A DNA stretch of 40,296 nucleotides from a virus (Duplodnaviria > Caudoviricetes), in the IMG/VR virus record IMGVR_UViG_3300037851_000175, positions 1 through 40,296 of that record; one strand, given 5' to 3'. How positions within the stretch are numbered: the stretch's first letter is position 1; each line of letters starts with the position of its first letter. This document shows positions 1 through 8,325 of the stretch, piece by piece. Made by a program: the position numbers and the translations under genes. The notes beneath the pieces are model-generated. The model searched no databases, was not told the DNA's origin, and saw only the letters and a program-made list of their open reading frames with translations.

Positions 1-82
1 CCATCAAGGTCATTCTGCGCGTCAACATGGTGGTCCCAGTATGCGATACAGATGCACTGATCTGCTGTCGTGAAATGGGAAG

Positions 83-131
83 TGGTGGGCTCGGCAGAAC
101 TCGAATCTGCGACCTCTACCGTGTCAATGTA
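83..131 (-). tRNA. 3' half of tRNA-Val(GAC); phage attachment-site core (attR or attP), not a complete tRNA
   Basis: Reverse complement reads TACA-TTGACAC-GGTAGAGGTC-GCAGA-TTCGAGT-TCTGC-CGAGCCC-ACCA: anticodon loop GAC, T-arm, acceptor 3' strand and CCA. No D-arm or 5' acceptor strand upstream. Confidence 0.88.
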
Positions 132-192
132 ACCAAGGCCGATAACTCCGGCCTCTCGAACTGAAAACACAGTACTTATTCCAAGCCCAAAC

Positions 193-240
193 GGGTACGG
201 AAGGGTACGAAACGGACCCATCGGGAACGATTGGGTACGC
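193..240 (+). repeat. Helically phased GGGTACG direct repeats, putative Xis/Int arm-binding sites
   Basis: GGGTACG at 193, 203 and 233 and GGGAACG at 223 (10-bp register), 60-110 bp from the att core. Confidence 0.65.
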
Positions 241-259
241 AGAACGAGAGGCCGAACTC

Positions 260-652
260 ATGGCGCACATCACCGTAGATCCGCTGTTCGCGGGCATCCT
301 GGGCAACATCTTCCCCGCGACGGCAAACCACCCCACCCCCAAACCCCAACCACATCCCGACGGGGCGGACCTCGACCGCAAAGCGGCCGATGCGTTCGCG
401 CGGGCCGTCGAACTCATGGAGCGCGCCGAAGACCTCGTGTACGACGTGCGCGCGGAATGCGCCGAACTCGCGGGCCGCGACTCCATCCCGGAGATGACCG
501 ACGGCGACGCGATGAACATGGTGATCCACCACACGTCCGAGACGGGCGGGTGGCAGTACCTGCAGGCGCGCATCCGGCTCGCCAAGAACCTGGCCGCGAA
601 GATGCGCGACCAGGCCAAACTGAGCGCGGCGGCGCGGGAGGCGAGGCGATGA
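260..652 (+). CDS. Hypothetical phage early protein (130 aa)
   Basis: GAGAGG RBS, GC3-rich codons, ATGA overlap with the next gene. Confidence 0.75.
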   Translation: MAHITVDPLFAGILGNIFPATANHPTPKPQPHPDGADLDRKAADAFARAVELMERAEDLVYDVRAECAELAGRDSIPEMTDGDAMNMVIHHTSETGGWQYLQARIRLAKNLAAKMRDQAKLSAAAREARR

Positions 653-1476
653 GCAAGCCCCAACTCCACGTCTCCGGCTTGAACATGCTGCAGGGCTGCG
701 GAGAGCAGTACCGCCGCCGTTACATCGAAGGTGAGATCATCGCGCCCTCGGTCGCTCTCCACGTCGGGTCCGCCGTGGACCGGGCTGTGACGGACGATCT
801 CGAATCCAAGATCAAGACCGGCGCGCTGCTGCCGGACGAGCAGATCAAGGACATCGCGCGGGACGCTTTGCAGGCGAAGTGGGAAACCGATGGTGTCTCT
901 CTTGATGACGACGAGATCCCGGGCGAGGCCAAGGGCGAAGCGATCGACGTAGCGGTCAACCTGGCCGCGCTGCATCATCGCGACCTCGCGCCGACGATCA
1001 ACGCGACCGCAGTACAGCGGGCGTGGACGGTTGAAATTGACGGCTTCCCGGTGGACCTGGCCGGGACCATCGACATTCAAGAGGGCTCGGAACGGATCCG
1101 CGACACCAAGACCTCAAAGAAAAGCCCGAGCGTGGACGAGGCCGACAAGAGCCTCCAGTTGACGACCTACGCGCTCGCCGCTCATGTGCTCGATCGGCAG
1201 ATCCCGAAGGAACTGACGCTCGATTACCTCGTGAAACTCAAGACCCCGAAACTGCAGGTCGTTTCGACGACTCGCGAGGTTGCGGACTTCGACCCGTTCC
1301 TGGAGCGGCTCGCGATTGCGGCGAAGTCGCTGGAGAGCGGCGTGTTTGTGCCGGCCAGGACTGACGACTGGCGATGCACGGCAAGGTTCTGCGGCTACTT
1401 CCGTAGCTGCAAGTATGCGATGCGACCGAAAACCGTGGCCGTCTCCGCGACCGCCAACGGGAAGGAGAAGGAATAA
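649..1476 (+). CDS. PD-(D/E)XK RecB/Cas4-like exonuclease with probable Fe-S cluster
   Basis: Start MSKPQLHVSGLNMLQGC; LHVGSAVD, GTIDI...DTKTS, QLTTYALA motifs; one N-terminal Cys plus C-terminal CTARFCGYFRSC. Confidence 0.85.
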   Translation: MSKPQLHVSGLNMLQGCGEQYRRRYIEGEIIAPSVALHVGSAVDRAVTDDLESKIKTGALLPDEQIKDIARDALQAKWETDGVSLDDDEIPGEAKGEAIDVAVNLAALHHRDLAPTINATAVQRAWTVEIDGFPVDLAGTIDIQEGSERIRDTKTSKKSPSVDEADKSLQLTTYALAAHVLDRQIPKELTLDYLVKLKTPKLQVVSTTREVADFDPFLERLAIAAKSLESGVFVPARTDDWRCTARFCGYFRSCKYAMRPKTVAVSATANGKEKE

Positions 1477-1479
1477 GCC

Positions 1480-2562
1480 ATGGCAAGCACCGTGATAGAC
1501 CACGAGACCGTTGAGACGGCGGTGGAACTGAAACCGATGGAGCTGATCGAGCGAGCGCAGATCGACCAGCAAATCTCGACCGCGAAGAAGTACCCGCGTG
1601 ACTTGGCGCGGGTGAAGCGCAAGATGCTGGACTTCGCCACGCTCGACGAGGAGACGGCGGCGAGTTGCTTCTACACCCTTCCGCGCGAAGGGAAGATGAT
1701 CCAGGGCCCGTCCGTCCGGCTTGCTGAGATCGCGGTGGCGTGCTACGGAAACCTCCGCGCTGCAGCCCGCGAAGTCGATAACGACGGAAAGTTTATCCGA
1801 GCGCAGGGCGTGTGTCACGACCTAGAGGCGAACACCTGCGTGTCCGTCGAGGTCAAGCGCCGGATCACCAACAAGTCCGGCAAGACCTACGGCGACGACA
1901 TGCAGATGACGACGGGCAACGCGGCAAACTCGATCGCGTTTCGCAACGCAGTGTTCAAGGTGGTCCCCGGCGCACTGATTAAGCCAGTCTACGAGGCGGC
2001 GAAGAAGGTAGCCGTGGGCGATGCGTCCACACTCACGCAGCGGCGGGCAATGATGCTCTCGCGGTTCGCCCAGATGGGCGTGACGCAAGAGATGATCCTC
2101 GCCAAGTGCGACAAATCGAACGTCGAGAACATCGGCCTTGAGGACTTGGAGCTGTTCATCGGTCTCTTCACGGCCATCAAGGAGGGGGATACCACCGTCG
2201 ATGAGGCGTTCGCCCCGCCGGCAAAGGAAACCGCGAAGGTCAGCCTGGCCGACCTGAAACCCGGAACGGCGGAGAACAAGGGCCACGACGCGACGGGAGC
2301 CGAAGCGTTCAAGGCCCCCACCGATGAGACCACAGCGCCGCCCGCATCCACCGATACCAGCACGATCACTCAGCCTCAGCAGAAGCGCCTGTGGGCGATC
2401 GCTCGCGAGCACGGATGGCCCCAGGACGAACTGAAGGCGTTCCTGCGGGAGCGCGGCTACGAGCACACCAACGAGATCAAGCGGGCGGACTACGAGGGCA
2501 TTGTCAACGAGCTGCAGGGGACGGCGAAACCGAGTGGAGAGGAGACCCAAGCCAATGGCTGA
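1480..2562 (+). CDS. Conserved phage recombination-associated protein (putative single-strand annealing partner of the exonuclease)
   Basis: QIDQQISTAKKYPRD...CFYTLPREGKMIQGPSVRLAEI motif familiar from phage proteins next to exonucleases; AAGGA RBS; function inferred from synteny. Confidence 0.6.
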   Translation: MASTVIDHETVETAVELKPMELIERAQIDQQISTAKKYPRDLARVKRKMLDFATLDEETAASCFYTLPREGKMIQGPSVRLAEIAVACYGNLRAAAREVDNDGKFIRAQGVCHDLEANTCVSVEVKRRITNKSGKTYGDDMQMTTGNAANSIAFRNAVFKVVPGALIKPVYEAAKKVAVGDASTLTQRRAMMLSRFAQMGVTQEMILAKCDKSNVENIGLEDLELFIGLFTAIKEGDTTVDEAFAPPAKETAKVSLADLKPGTAENKGHDATGAEAFKAPTDETTAPPASTDTSTITQPQQKRLWAIAREHGWPQDELKAFLRERGYEHTNEIKRADYEGIVNELQGTAKPSGEETQANG

Positions 2563-3280
2563 CACCATCATTTTCCGCGGAGCCCGTATCCGCTACGTCG
2601 ATGTCCGGCGCGAGAAGGAGGGCGGGGTCTTCACCCGCCTCCACCTGGCCGCGGACTACTCGCCTCCGGTGCGCGAGGCGATGGACTGGGGCGACATGCC
2701 CGAGTGCGTGTCGAGCGCAAGACTCAACGGCGCGCTGACGGCGCAGAATCTCATCCTGCTGCCCAACGCGAAGGAACTGCGGCAGCACGAGATCCAGGTC
2801 GAATGCACCGAGGTCAATGACTTCGCGGTCCACTCGCTCAAGGACGACGAGGGCGAGTACGCCGGCACGGAGTTGCGGTTCATCGCGCGCTCGGTCCAGC
2901 CGGGCGTGGCCGCGATCCTCGAGAACTACCTCCGCGTCATTGGCAACGGAGATGGACAACTCAAGGTCTCCTACGTCAAGCAGGGCAAACTGTTCGGCGA
3001 GGACGAAAAGAAGGAGACCGCCGCGGCAACCGAGAACCTGCCGGACGTGGCTCCCGAGCAGGTGGCGCCGCTGGAACCGGAGATCGAGTCCGCCAACCTC
3101 GGCAGTCTCGCGCCGGCCGCCGTGGCGCACGGCAACACGGCGGAGATGCGCAAGGCGCGCCGGGCCCGGCAGCAGTCCGCGAAGCCGATCCCGAGTGCGG
3201 CCGATGCCCCCGAGTGGCGCACTCCTGACGAGATCGCGGCCGGCGTGCCGCATCACGTCGATACGGAGGCGCTGCAGTGA
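2555..3280 (+). CDS. Hypothetical protein ([14 protein letters not shown]...)
   Basis: GAGGAG RBS, GC3-rich codons, overlaps both neighbours. Confidence 0.75.
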   Translation: MADTIIFRGARIRYVDVRREKEGGVFTRLHLAADYSPPVREAMDWGDMPECVSSARLNGALTAQNLILLPNAKELRQHEIQVECTEVNDFAVHSLKDDEGEYAGTELRFIARSVQPGVAAILENYLRVIGNGDGQLKVSYVKQGKLFGEDEKKETAAATENLPDVAPEQVAPLEPEIESANLGSLAPAAVAHGNTAEMRKARRARQQSAKPIPSAADAPEWRTPDEIAAGVPHHVDTEALQ

Positions 3281-3858
3281 GCTACGACATTCTCAACCGT
3301 TGGACTCGTGCTGTCGTATACCACAGCGAGACGGCAGCCAACCTTGCACAGGCCGTAGTTGAGGCGGCTCGCGTAAAAACGAACCTCAGCTGCGCGGACC
3401 TCAGCGGCGCGAACCTCCGCGGCGCGAACCTCCGCGGCGCGATCCTCGGCGGCGCGAACCTCGGCGGCGCGAACCTCCGCGACGCGAACCTCCGCGGCGC
3501 GGACCTCATCGGCGCGGACCTCCGCGGCGCGATCCTCGGCGGCGCGAACCTCGGCGGCGCGGACCTCCGCGGCGCGATCCTCGGCGGCGCGAACCTCCGC
3601 GGCGCGATCCTCCGCGACGCGAACCTCGGCGGCGCGGACCTCCGCGACGCGAACCTCCGCGGCGCGAACCTCGGCGGCGCGGACCTCCGCGACGCGAACC
3701 TCCGCGGCGCGGACCTCATCGGCGCGATCCTCCGCGGCGCGAACCTCGGCGGCGCGGACCTCCGCGACGCGAACCTCAGCGGCGCGAACCTCCGCGGCGC
3801 GAACCTCCGCGGCGCGGACCTCCGGCGGGTCAAGGCCGCGATGGAGGTGATGGCATGA
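3277..3858 (+). CDS. Pentapeptide repeat protein
   Basis: About 29 tandem A(N/D/I)L(R/G/S/I)(G/D) units encoded by near-identical 15-bp repeats (3391-3825). Confidence 0.93.
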   Translation: MSYDILNRWTRAVVYHSETAANLAQAVVEAARVKTNLSCADLSGANLRGANLRGAILGGANLGGANLRDANLRGADLIGADLRGAILGGANLGGADLRGAILGGANLRGAILRDANLGGADLRDANLRGANLGGADLRDANLRGADLIGAILRGANLGGADLRDANLSGANLRGANLRGADLRRVKAAMEVMA

Positions 3859-3905
3859 GAGCTATTCGAGCCAAGCAGATCCGCCGGGCGAGGAGGGCGG
3901 CATGA
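3855..3905 (+). CDS. Putative 16-aa Arg-rich micro-[19 protein letters not shown]
   Basis: GGAGGTG RBS; ATGA overlaps with both flanking genes and exactly fills the gap. Confidence 0.5.
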   Translation: MRAIRAKQIRRARRAA

Positions 3906-4282
3906 ACTCCATCGAACCGAAGCTAAACAACACGTACGTCGTCACCGTGCAAGACGTGTACGGCATAGATTCGCCGTCGATTCCAGAGGGGTTCGAGGCT
4001 ATCGAGTTTCGAATCCCGACTGCGTCAGACCTCTACCTCTGCTCCATTGGAGATGGGGTTCGCAATGGCGCACTGGCCGGCTCTCCCCGCATCATCGTCC
4101 GCCGCAAGAAAACAACGCGAAAGCAATACGTTCTGACAGAAACGGGCGAGATGCGGAGGGCGAAGGCAGGTGAGTGGTACTGCGACGCAGGCGGGTTCTA
4201 CAGGTGGTACGGCGCAGACGACAGCGAGTATACCCACCGAATCCTTCGCTACCAAGAACGCGAGATCGAGGTAGACGCATGA
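3902..4282 (+). CDS. Hypothetical protein (126 aa, lower GC)
   Basis: AGGAGG RBS, ATGA overlaps at both ends. Confidence 0.7.
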   Translation: MNSIEPKLNNTYVVTVQDVYGIDSPSIPEGFEAIEFRIPTASDLYLCSIGDGVRNGALAGSPRIIVRRKKTTRKQYVLTETGEMRRAKAGEWYCDAGGFYRWYGADDSEYTHRILRYQEREIEVDA

Positions 4283-4503
4283 CTGCCCTCCTCTGTCTCG
4301 CCGGAGTCCTGGCGGTGTGGCTCTCCTGGTTGCACCGCCGCCGCTCACTCGCGGAGCGGTTCGTCCTGTGCCTGTTCTGGGTCGCCGTGCGCCTCAGCGC
4401 GGCGGCTCAGGCCTCCGATACCGCGCTCGTGCAGTATCGCCGGAGCCGCGAGGAGTTGCGCGGCAAAGAGCACGTCCCGGCGTGCATCTGGAGGGAAGCG
4501 TGA
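4279..4503 (+). CDS. Small putative membrane protein (MTALLCLAGVLAVWLSW...)
   Basis: GAGGT RBS, hydrophobic segments, coupled overlaps. Confidence 0.6.
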   Translation: MTALLCLAGVLAVWLSWLHRRRSLAERFVLCLFWVAVRLSAAAQASDTALVQYRRSREELRGKEHVPACIWREA

Positions 4504-4694
4504 CGAGCGACGAGTACGCGCGTGGAGTCCGGGCCGGTACGGCGGCCGTCGAGCAACGGGCCCAGGTCCTCGAGTTGTACCTGGACCGGGAGCGTAAGTG
4601 GTCCCGGTATCTGGCGTTGTGGATCTGGATCCTGGTCTGGGTCTGCGTCGCCCTCTTGGGGGCGCTGCTGTTCGCTTCATGGAGGTGCCGGTAA
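4500..4694 (+). CDS. Small protein with a C-terminal transmembrane helix
   Basis: GTG start in a GTGA overlap, GGAGG RBS, YLALWIWILVWVCVALLGALLF. Confidence 0.6.
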   Translation: MTSDEYARGVRAGTAAVEQRAQVLELYLDRERKWSRYLALWIWILVWVCVALLGALLFASWRCR

Positions 4695-4978
4695 TGATGC
4701 ACCTGAATTGCACCGACGAACCGCAACTCTGCCCGACCTGCGGGGCCGAGATCCCGGCGAACGACGATCACGAGTGCGCCATCACACCGGAGGATCTACG
4801 CGAGCAGCGGGACTTGTTGCTGGAGTTATTGCTAGACGGGGCAACGTTCAAGCTGCACTATCCGAGGCGCGGACTGTATCGGTGGTCGGTCACCATGCTC
4901 ATGGGCTACGAGCGATACGCGACGGCCGATAGCCCACTGAAAGCTGCCTTAAAGCTCTCGAGAAGGTTGCACCGATGA
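4694..4978 (+). CDS. Hypothetical protein with N-terminal CxxC motif
   Basis: GGAGGT RBS, TAATG overlap, LCPTCG...HEC. Confidence 0.6.
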   Translation: MMHLNCTDEPQLCPTCGAEIPANDDHECAITPEDLREQRDLLLELLLDGATFKLHYPRRGLYRWSVTMLMGYERYATADSPLKAALKLSRRLHR

Positions 4979-5175
4979 TCTGCACTCACTGCCACGAGGT
5001 ATCCGATCTGGTGTTTTGCCGCGTGGAGAACCAAGACCTCTGTCTGGAGTGCGGACAGCGGGCGTATCTCGCGTGGCTGCAGAAGCAGCCCTTCGCGCTG
5101 CACCCGTCCGCGTTCTGGTCGCCCGAAAAGCAGGAGCGCCAACTCGCGCGGATCTACAAGGTGGAGACCGTATGA
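4975..5175 (+). CDS. Small zinc-finger-like protein
   Basis: CTHC...C...CLEC; ATGA overlap. Confidence 0.6.
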   Translation: MICTHCHEVSDLVFCRVENQDLCLECGQRAYLAWLQKQPFALHPSAFWSPEKQERQLARIYKVETV

Positions 5176-5456
5176 CCCAACTCTCCCTCGACTACACATC
5201 CGCCGGCCGGGCGATCAGCGCCGAGGGCCACGAGCTGGTGGACGCGGCCCGGATGCGCGGGCGGGTCTACGATCTACTCCGCCAGGTCGGCCCAGCCACA
5301 GCGGACGGGCTCGCGGACTACATGGGGCTACCGCTCAACAGCGTGGCCCCTCGCCTCACCGAACTCGGCAAGGCGGGACTGGTACGCCGCACGGGCGACC
5401 GGCGTGAGACGCGCAGCGGTGGGAGCGCCGCGGTTCTGGAGGTGGTGCAACGATGA
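5172..5456 (+). CDS. Winged helix-turn-helix DNA-binding protein
   Basis: VYDLLRQVGPATADGLADYMGLPLNSVAPRLTELGKAGLVRRTGDRRETRSG. Confidence 0.8.
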   Translation: MTQLSLDYTSAGRAISAEGHELVDAARMRGRVYDLLRQVGPATADGLADYMGLPLNSVAPRLTELGKAGLVRRTGDRRETRSGGSAAVLEVVQR

Positions 5457-5800
5457 AGCCCGCCTCTCCCGCCAAGCTCGCCGAGCGCGACATCACCCGC
5501 ACGGTCAAGGAGTTCATGGAACTCCACGGCTGGCGCCCGGTGCGCATCAACGCCGGACCGTTCGGCAAGTCGGGGATGCCGGACTTCCTATTCCTGCACT
5601 ACGGCAACCGCTGGATTCTCTGGGTCGAGTTCAAGGCCCCCGGCCGGTCCCCAGCCTCGCATCAGCGCGCCTGGATCGACGCCGAGCGCAAGCGCGGCGC
5701 GGCGGTCGTGGTCGTGGACGACATTGACGAGTTCATCGCCTGGTACGAGCGGCAGTACGGGCGCGCAATCCAGCCGCGATTGTTTCAGGAGGCATTATAG
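5453..5800 (+). CDS. VRR-NUC domain nuclease (putative Holliday junction resolvase)
   Basis: ERDI...GMPDFLF...WVEFKAPG...HQRAW...GAAVVVVDDIDE. Confidence 0.88.
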   Translation: MKPASPAKLAERDITRTVKEFMELHGWRPVRINAGPFGKSGMPDFLFLHYGNRWILWVEFKAPGRSPASHQRAWIDAERKRGAAVVVVDDIDEFIAWYERQYGRAIQPRLFQEAL

Positions 5801-5802
5801 AC

Positions 5803-6372
5803 ATGGCTTTATTGAGGAAATCCACTCGATTCGAGATTTTCGCTCGCGACGGGTTCACCTGCCAGTACTGTGGCCGACGGCCCCCGGAAGTAGTCCTGGA
5901 GGTCGATCACGTCCATCCTCGCTCGCAAGGAGGTGGTAACGATCCACTCAACTTGCTTACTTCGTGCATGGACTGCAATCGAGGCAAGGGAGGAAAGCCC
6001 ATCCAGCGACTTGCGGAGAATGCCGCCGACGCCGATTTCGAGTACCTCAAGTCCGAACAGTCCAGGCTGGAAGTGGAGCGCTACCTAGAGTCGGTCGATA
6101 GGCGCAACGACGCGATGAGAAGGGCGATTGAAGCTCTTCGGCGGAAATGGGTTGCGGCTTTCGACGATCTGGTCGAATACAGTCCCACGGATAGGGAGTT
6201 TGAGTACTGGATCAACACTTACGGGCCCAACTTGGCTGAGCGCGCGATCCAAGCCTTAACCCCGGCGGTCATGCAGGGCAAACTCACTTGCCGTTCGGCG
6301 AATGGGGCGGAAAGAGCCGTCCGCTACGTTAGCGCGGTGATGCGGAATATGGTCGAGCGGGGGGATGTCTGA
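5803..6372 (+). CDS. HNH endonuclease with a C-terminal helical extension
   Basis: RFEIFARDGFTCQYCG...EVDHVHPRSQGG...NLLTSCMDCNRGK. Confidence 0.92.
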   Translation: MALLRKSTRFEIFARDGFTCQYCGRRPPEVVLEVDHVHPRSQGGGNDPLNLLTSCMDCNRGKGGKPIQRLAENAADADFEYLKSEQSRLEVERYLESVDRRNDAMRRAIEALRRKWVAAFDDLVEYSPTDREFEYWINTYGPNLAERAIQALTPAVMQGKLTCRSANGAERAVRYVSAVMRNMVERGDV

Positions 6373-7547
6373 TGAGGGCACGCAACATCAAGCCGTCGTT
6401 CTTTAAGGACGAAGATTTAGGGGAGCTTCCGTTTGAAGCGAGGCTACTGTTCGCTGGCTTGTGGTGTATGGCAGACAGGGCCGGGCGGCTGGAGGAAAGA
6501 CCGAAGCGCATCAAAGCCGAGATATTTCCCTTCGACGATATCTCGGCTTCGAGGGTTGGAGAGTTGCTTGGGATGCTGGCCGATCATGGCTTCATTCTCC
6601 GGTACTCAGTCGATGGCGAGAACTACGTTTTGGTGGTCAATTTCACTGAGCACCAGAACCCCCACGTCAACGAGAAAAAGAGCACGATTCCACCACCGCC
6701 GAGACGAGACAAAAACTCGACTGAAAAAACCTCCATTGATGATGCAGTGGTGCAGATTAGTGAACGTGTCGAGCACAACCTAGGCAAACAAGATCAAGAC
6801 GACAACGAAAATTCTTACCACCTGCAACAGTATGTAAAGAATTGCCTTACACATACCGAGCACTCTGGTGCGAGTACGGTACAAGCACAGTGCGACTCTG
6901 GTGCGAGTACGGTACAAGCACAGTGCGACTCTGGTGCGAGTACGGTACGAGCACCATACAAGCACCAGAGTAATCCTGCTGATTCTCTGATTCCTGATTC
7001 TCTGATTCCTGATCCCGGATTCCTGATCCCTGATTCCCAGAAGTGTGAGTGCATACTCCCGGAGTCTGTGGCGGAGCCCGGCGGTCGCTCGCACACGCCT
7101 CCCCCGCCCAAACCGCCGAAACCCGCGCCCGGCGCCGGAGGCCTGACGGCGCTCGCCGCGATCCCACTCCCGGCGCCCCTCACCCCCGAGCCTCCCGACC
7201 CCGAGCCCACGCTCGCCGAACTGCGCCGCATCTGGCCCAAGCACCGGGCCGGTCCGCCGCTCGAGCAGGAGCGGGCGCTGTCCGACGCCCTCGGTCCCCA
7301 CCCCACGGCCGAGCGGCTTGCGCTGATCGCCGACCGGGCCGCGGCGTACCTGCGCTCGCCGGACGTGGCCGACGGCGTGGTGTTCTCGCTGCCGCGCTGG
7401 CTGCGCTCCCGGCAGTGGGAAACCGACTGGGCTGCGGCGCAGGACTGTGGCGACAAGAGCCCGTGGCTGGTCGCCGAGTTGGCGAAGATCGAAGCCGAGA
7501 ACCAGGCGGCGGAACGGGCCAAGCAGGCCCGCCGGAGGGCGGTGTGA
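6372..7547 (+). CDS. Phage replication initiator (replisome organiser)
   Basis: N-terminal MRARNIKPSFFKDEDL...RLLFAGLWCMADRAGRLE..PKRIKAEIFPFD motif, internal iterons, Pro-rich linker, C-terminal WP(K)...RWLRSRQWE domain. Confidence 0.85.
   Translation: MRARNIKPSFFKDEDLGELPFEARLLFAGLWCMADRAGRLEERPKRIKAEIFPFDDISASRVGELLGMLADHGFILRYSVDGENYVLVVNFTEHQNPHVNEKKSTIPPPPRRDKNSTEKTSIDDAVVQISERVEHNLGKQDQDDNENSYHLQQYVKNCLTHTEHSGASTVQAQCDSGASTVQAQCDSGASTVRAPYKHQSNPADSLIPDSLIPDPGFLIPDSQKCECILPESVAEPGGRSHTPPPPKPPKPAPGAGGLTALAAIPLPAPLTPEPPDPEPTLAELRRIWPKHRAGPPLEQERALSDALGPHPTAERLALIADRAAAYLRSPDVADGVVFSLPRWLRSRQWETDWAAAQDCGDKSPWLVAELAKIEAENQAAERAKQARRRAV
6862..6954 (+). repeat. Three tandem 33-bp iterons (putative replication origin)
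   Basis: ACTCTGGTGCGAGTACGGTACAAGCACAGTGCG at 6862, 6895 and partially at 6928; each contains the dyad GTGCnnGTACnGTACnnGCAC; A-rich DNA upstream and CCTGATT-type repeats at about 6977-7038. Confidence 0.8.
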
Positions 7548-8017
7548 TCTCGAATCCGACCGCCGAGCGCAACGTTCGCCGCTTCGCCGCCCTGCGCGGC
7601 TACCCGAACCCGAAGGGCAAGCAGGAGGCCTGGCTCGAACTGGTCCGCACGCTGGCCGCGACCTCCGCCACCGACCGCCACGCCGAGTCTGCGGTCTCGC
7701 AGTGGCTCCAGGTCGAGAGCGAGTGTCCGACTCCCGCTCAGCTCCGGGCGCTGCTGACCTCAGCCACGGAGCCCGCATGGCAACCCACCCGGCAGCACGG
7801 GCGCTGCGAACTCTGCGGCGGCTCCGGCCGGCAAGCCGTGTTCGCAGTCATCACGCGCCGCGACGGCCGGCGCTCCGCGATCCAGTACCTCGCCAAGCCC
7901 CGCTCGGCCGACGCTCTTGCCGCCGAGACCGCGCGAATCCTGGCGACGCTCGGCCCGTCGCAGGAGTTGCACCACGGCGACTGGTCCCGGCCATGCGGAT
8001 GCGGAGCGGCGGCATGA
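7544..8017 (+). CDS. Putative helicase loader/inhibitor-like protein with Zn-binding motif
   Basis: GTG start in a GTGA overlap after the initiator, GGAGG RBS; ECPTPAQLR, CELCGGSG...PCGC. Confidence 0.6.
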   Translation: MISNPTAERNVRRFAALRGYPNPKGKQEAWLELVRTLAATSATDRHAESAVSQWLQVESECPTPAQLRALLTSATEPAWQPTRQHGRCELCGGSGRQAVFAVITRRDGRRSAIQYLAKPRSADALAAETARILATLGPSQELHHGDWSRPCGCGAAA

Positions 8018-8325
8018 TTCCCGAGATTTCGCTCCAGGTTGCCCCAGGACGCGCCGATGGGCGCAAAACGCAGTGTGCCCTAGGGCGCACCCAAACGGAC
8101 GAAACGTGTAGCTTAACGGAGGGCAAGGCGGGCCATCCTACAGCCGGACGAGATCGCGATTTTCTACCTGGCTCGTTCGTCTGCACCTGGTCCGACCTCC
8201 CCGGCGGCCGGCAACCGGTCCGCCGGATTCGCGGCTGGGCCCGTGGCTATTTCGAAGTCGTTCTCACCGAAAGCGGTCGGCTTATGTGCGTTCCTCGTGT
8301 CACGATTCGCAGCGCCGCGCGATAA
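8014..8325 (+). CDS. Hypothetical protein, last gene of the early operon
   Basis: ATGA overlap, GGAG RBS; composition only moderately protein-like. Confidence 0.5.
   Translation: MIPEISLQVAPGRADGRKTQCALGRTQTDETCSLTEGKAGHPTAGRDRDFLPGSFVCTWSDLPGGRQPVRRIRGWARGYFEVVLTESGRLMCVPRVTIRSAAR

Noticed and set aside
1-28. Minus-strand gene start MLTRRMTLM as an annotated CDS
   Set aside because: Only nine codons are visible, too little to call; used only as a weak hint of host DNA
83-131. Functional phage-encoded tRNA
   Set aside because: D-arm and 5' acceptor strand are missing
649-1476. Cas4-like nuclease as part of a CRISPR-Cas system
   Set aside because: No cas1/cas2 or repeat-spacer array; the context is a phage recombination module
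3391-3825. 15-bp repeats as a CRISPR array or DGR variable region
   Set aside because: Contiguous in-frame coding repeats without spacers; no reverse transcriptase or separate template repeat in the window
4279-4694. Holin/lysis cassette
   Set aside because: Located in the early operon with no endolysin or spanin nearby; lysis genes probably lie outside the window
6862-6954. 33-bp repeats as a mini CRISPR array
   Set aside because: Head-to-tail with no spacers and inside the initiator gene, so iterons fit better
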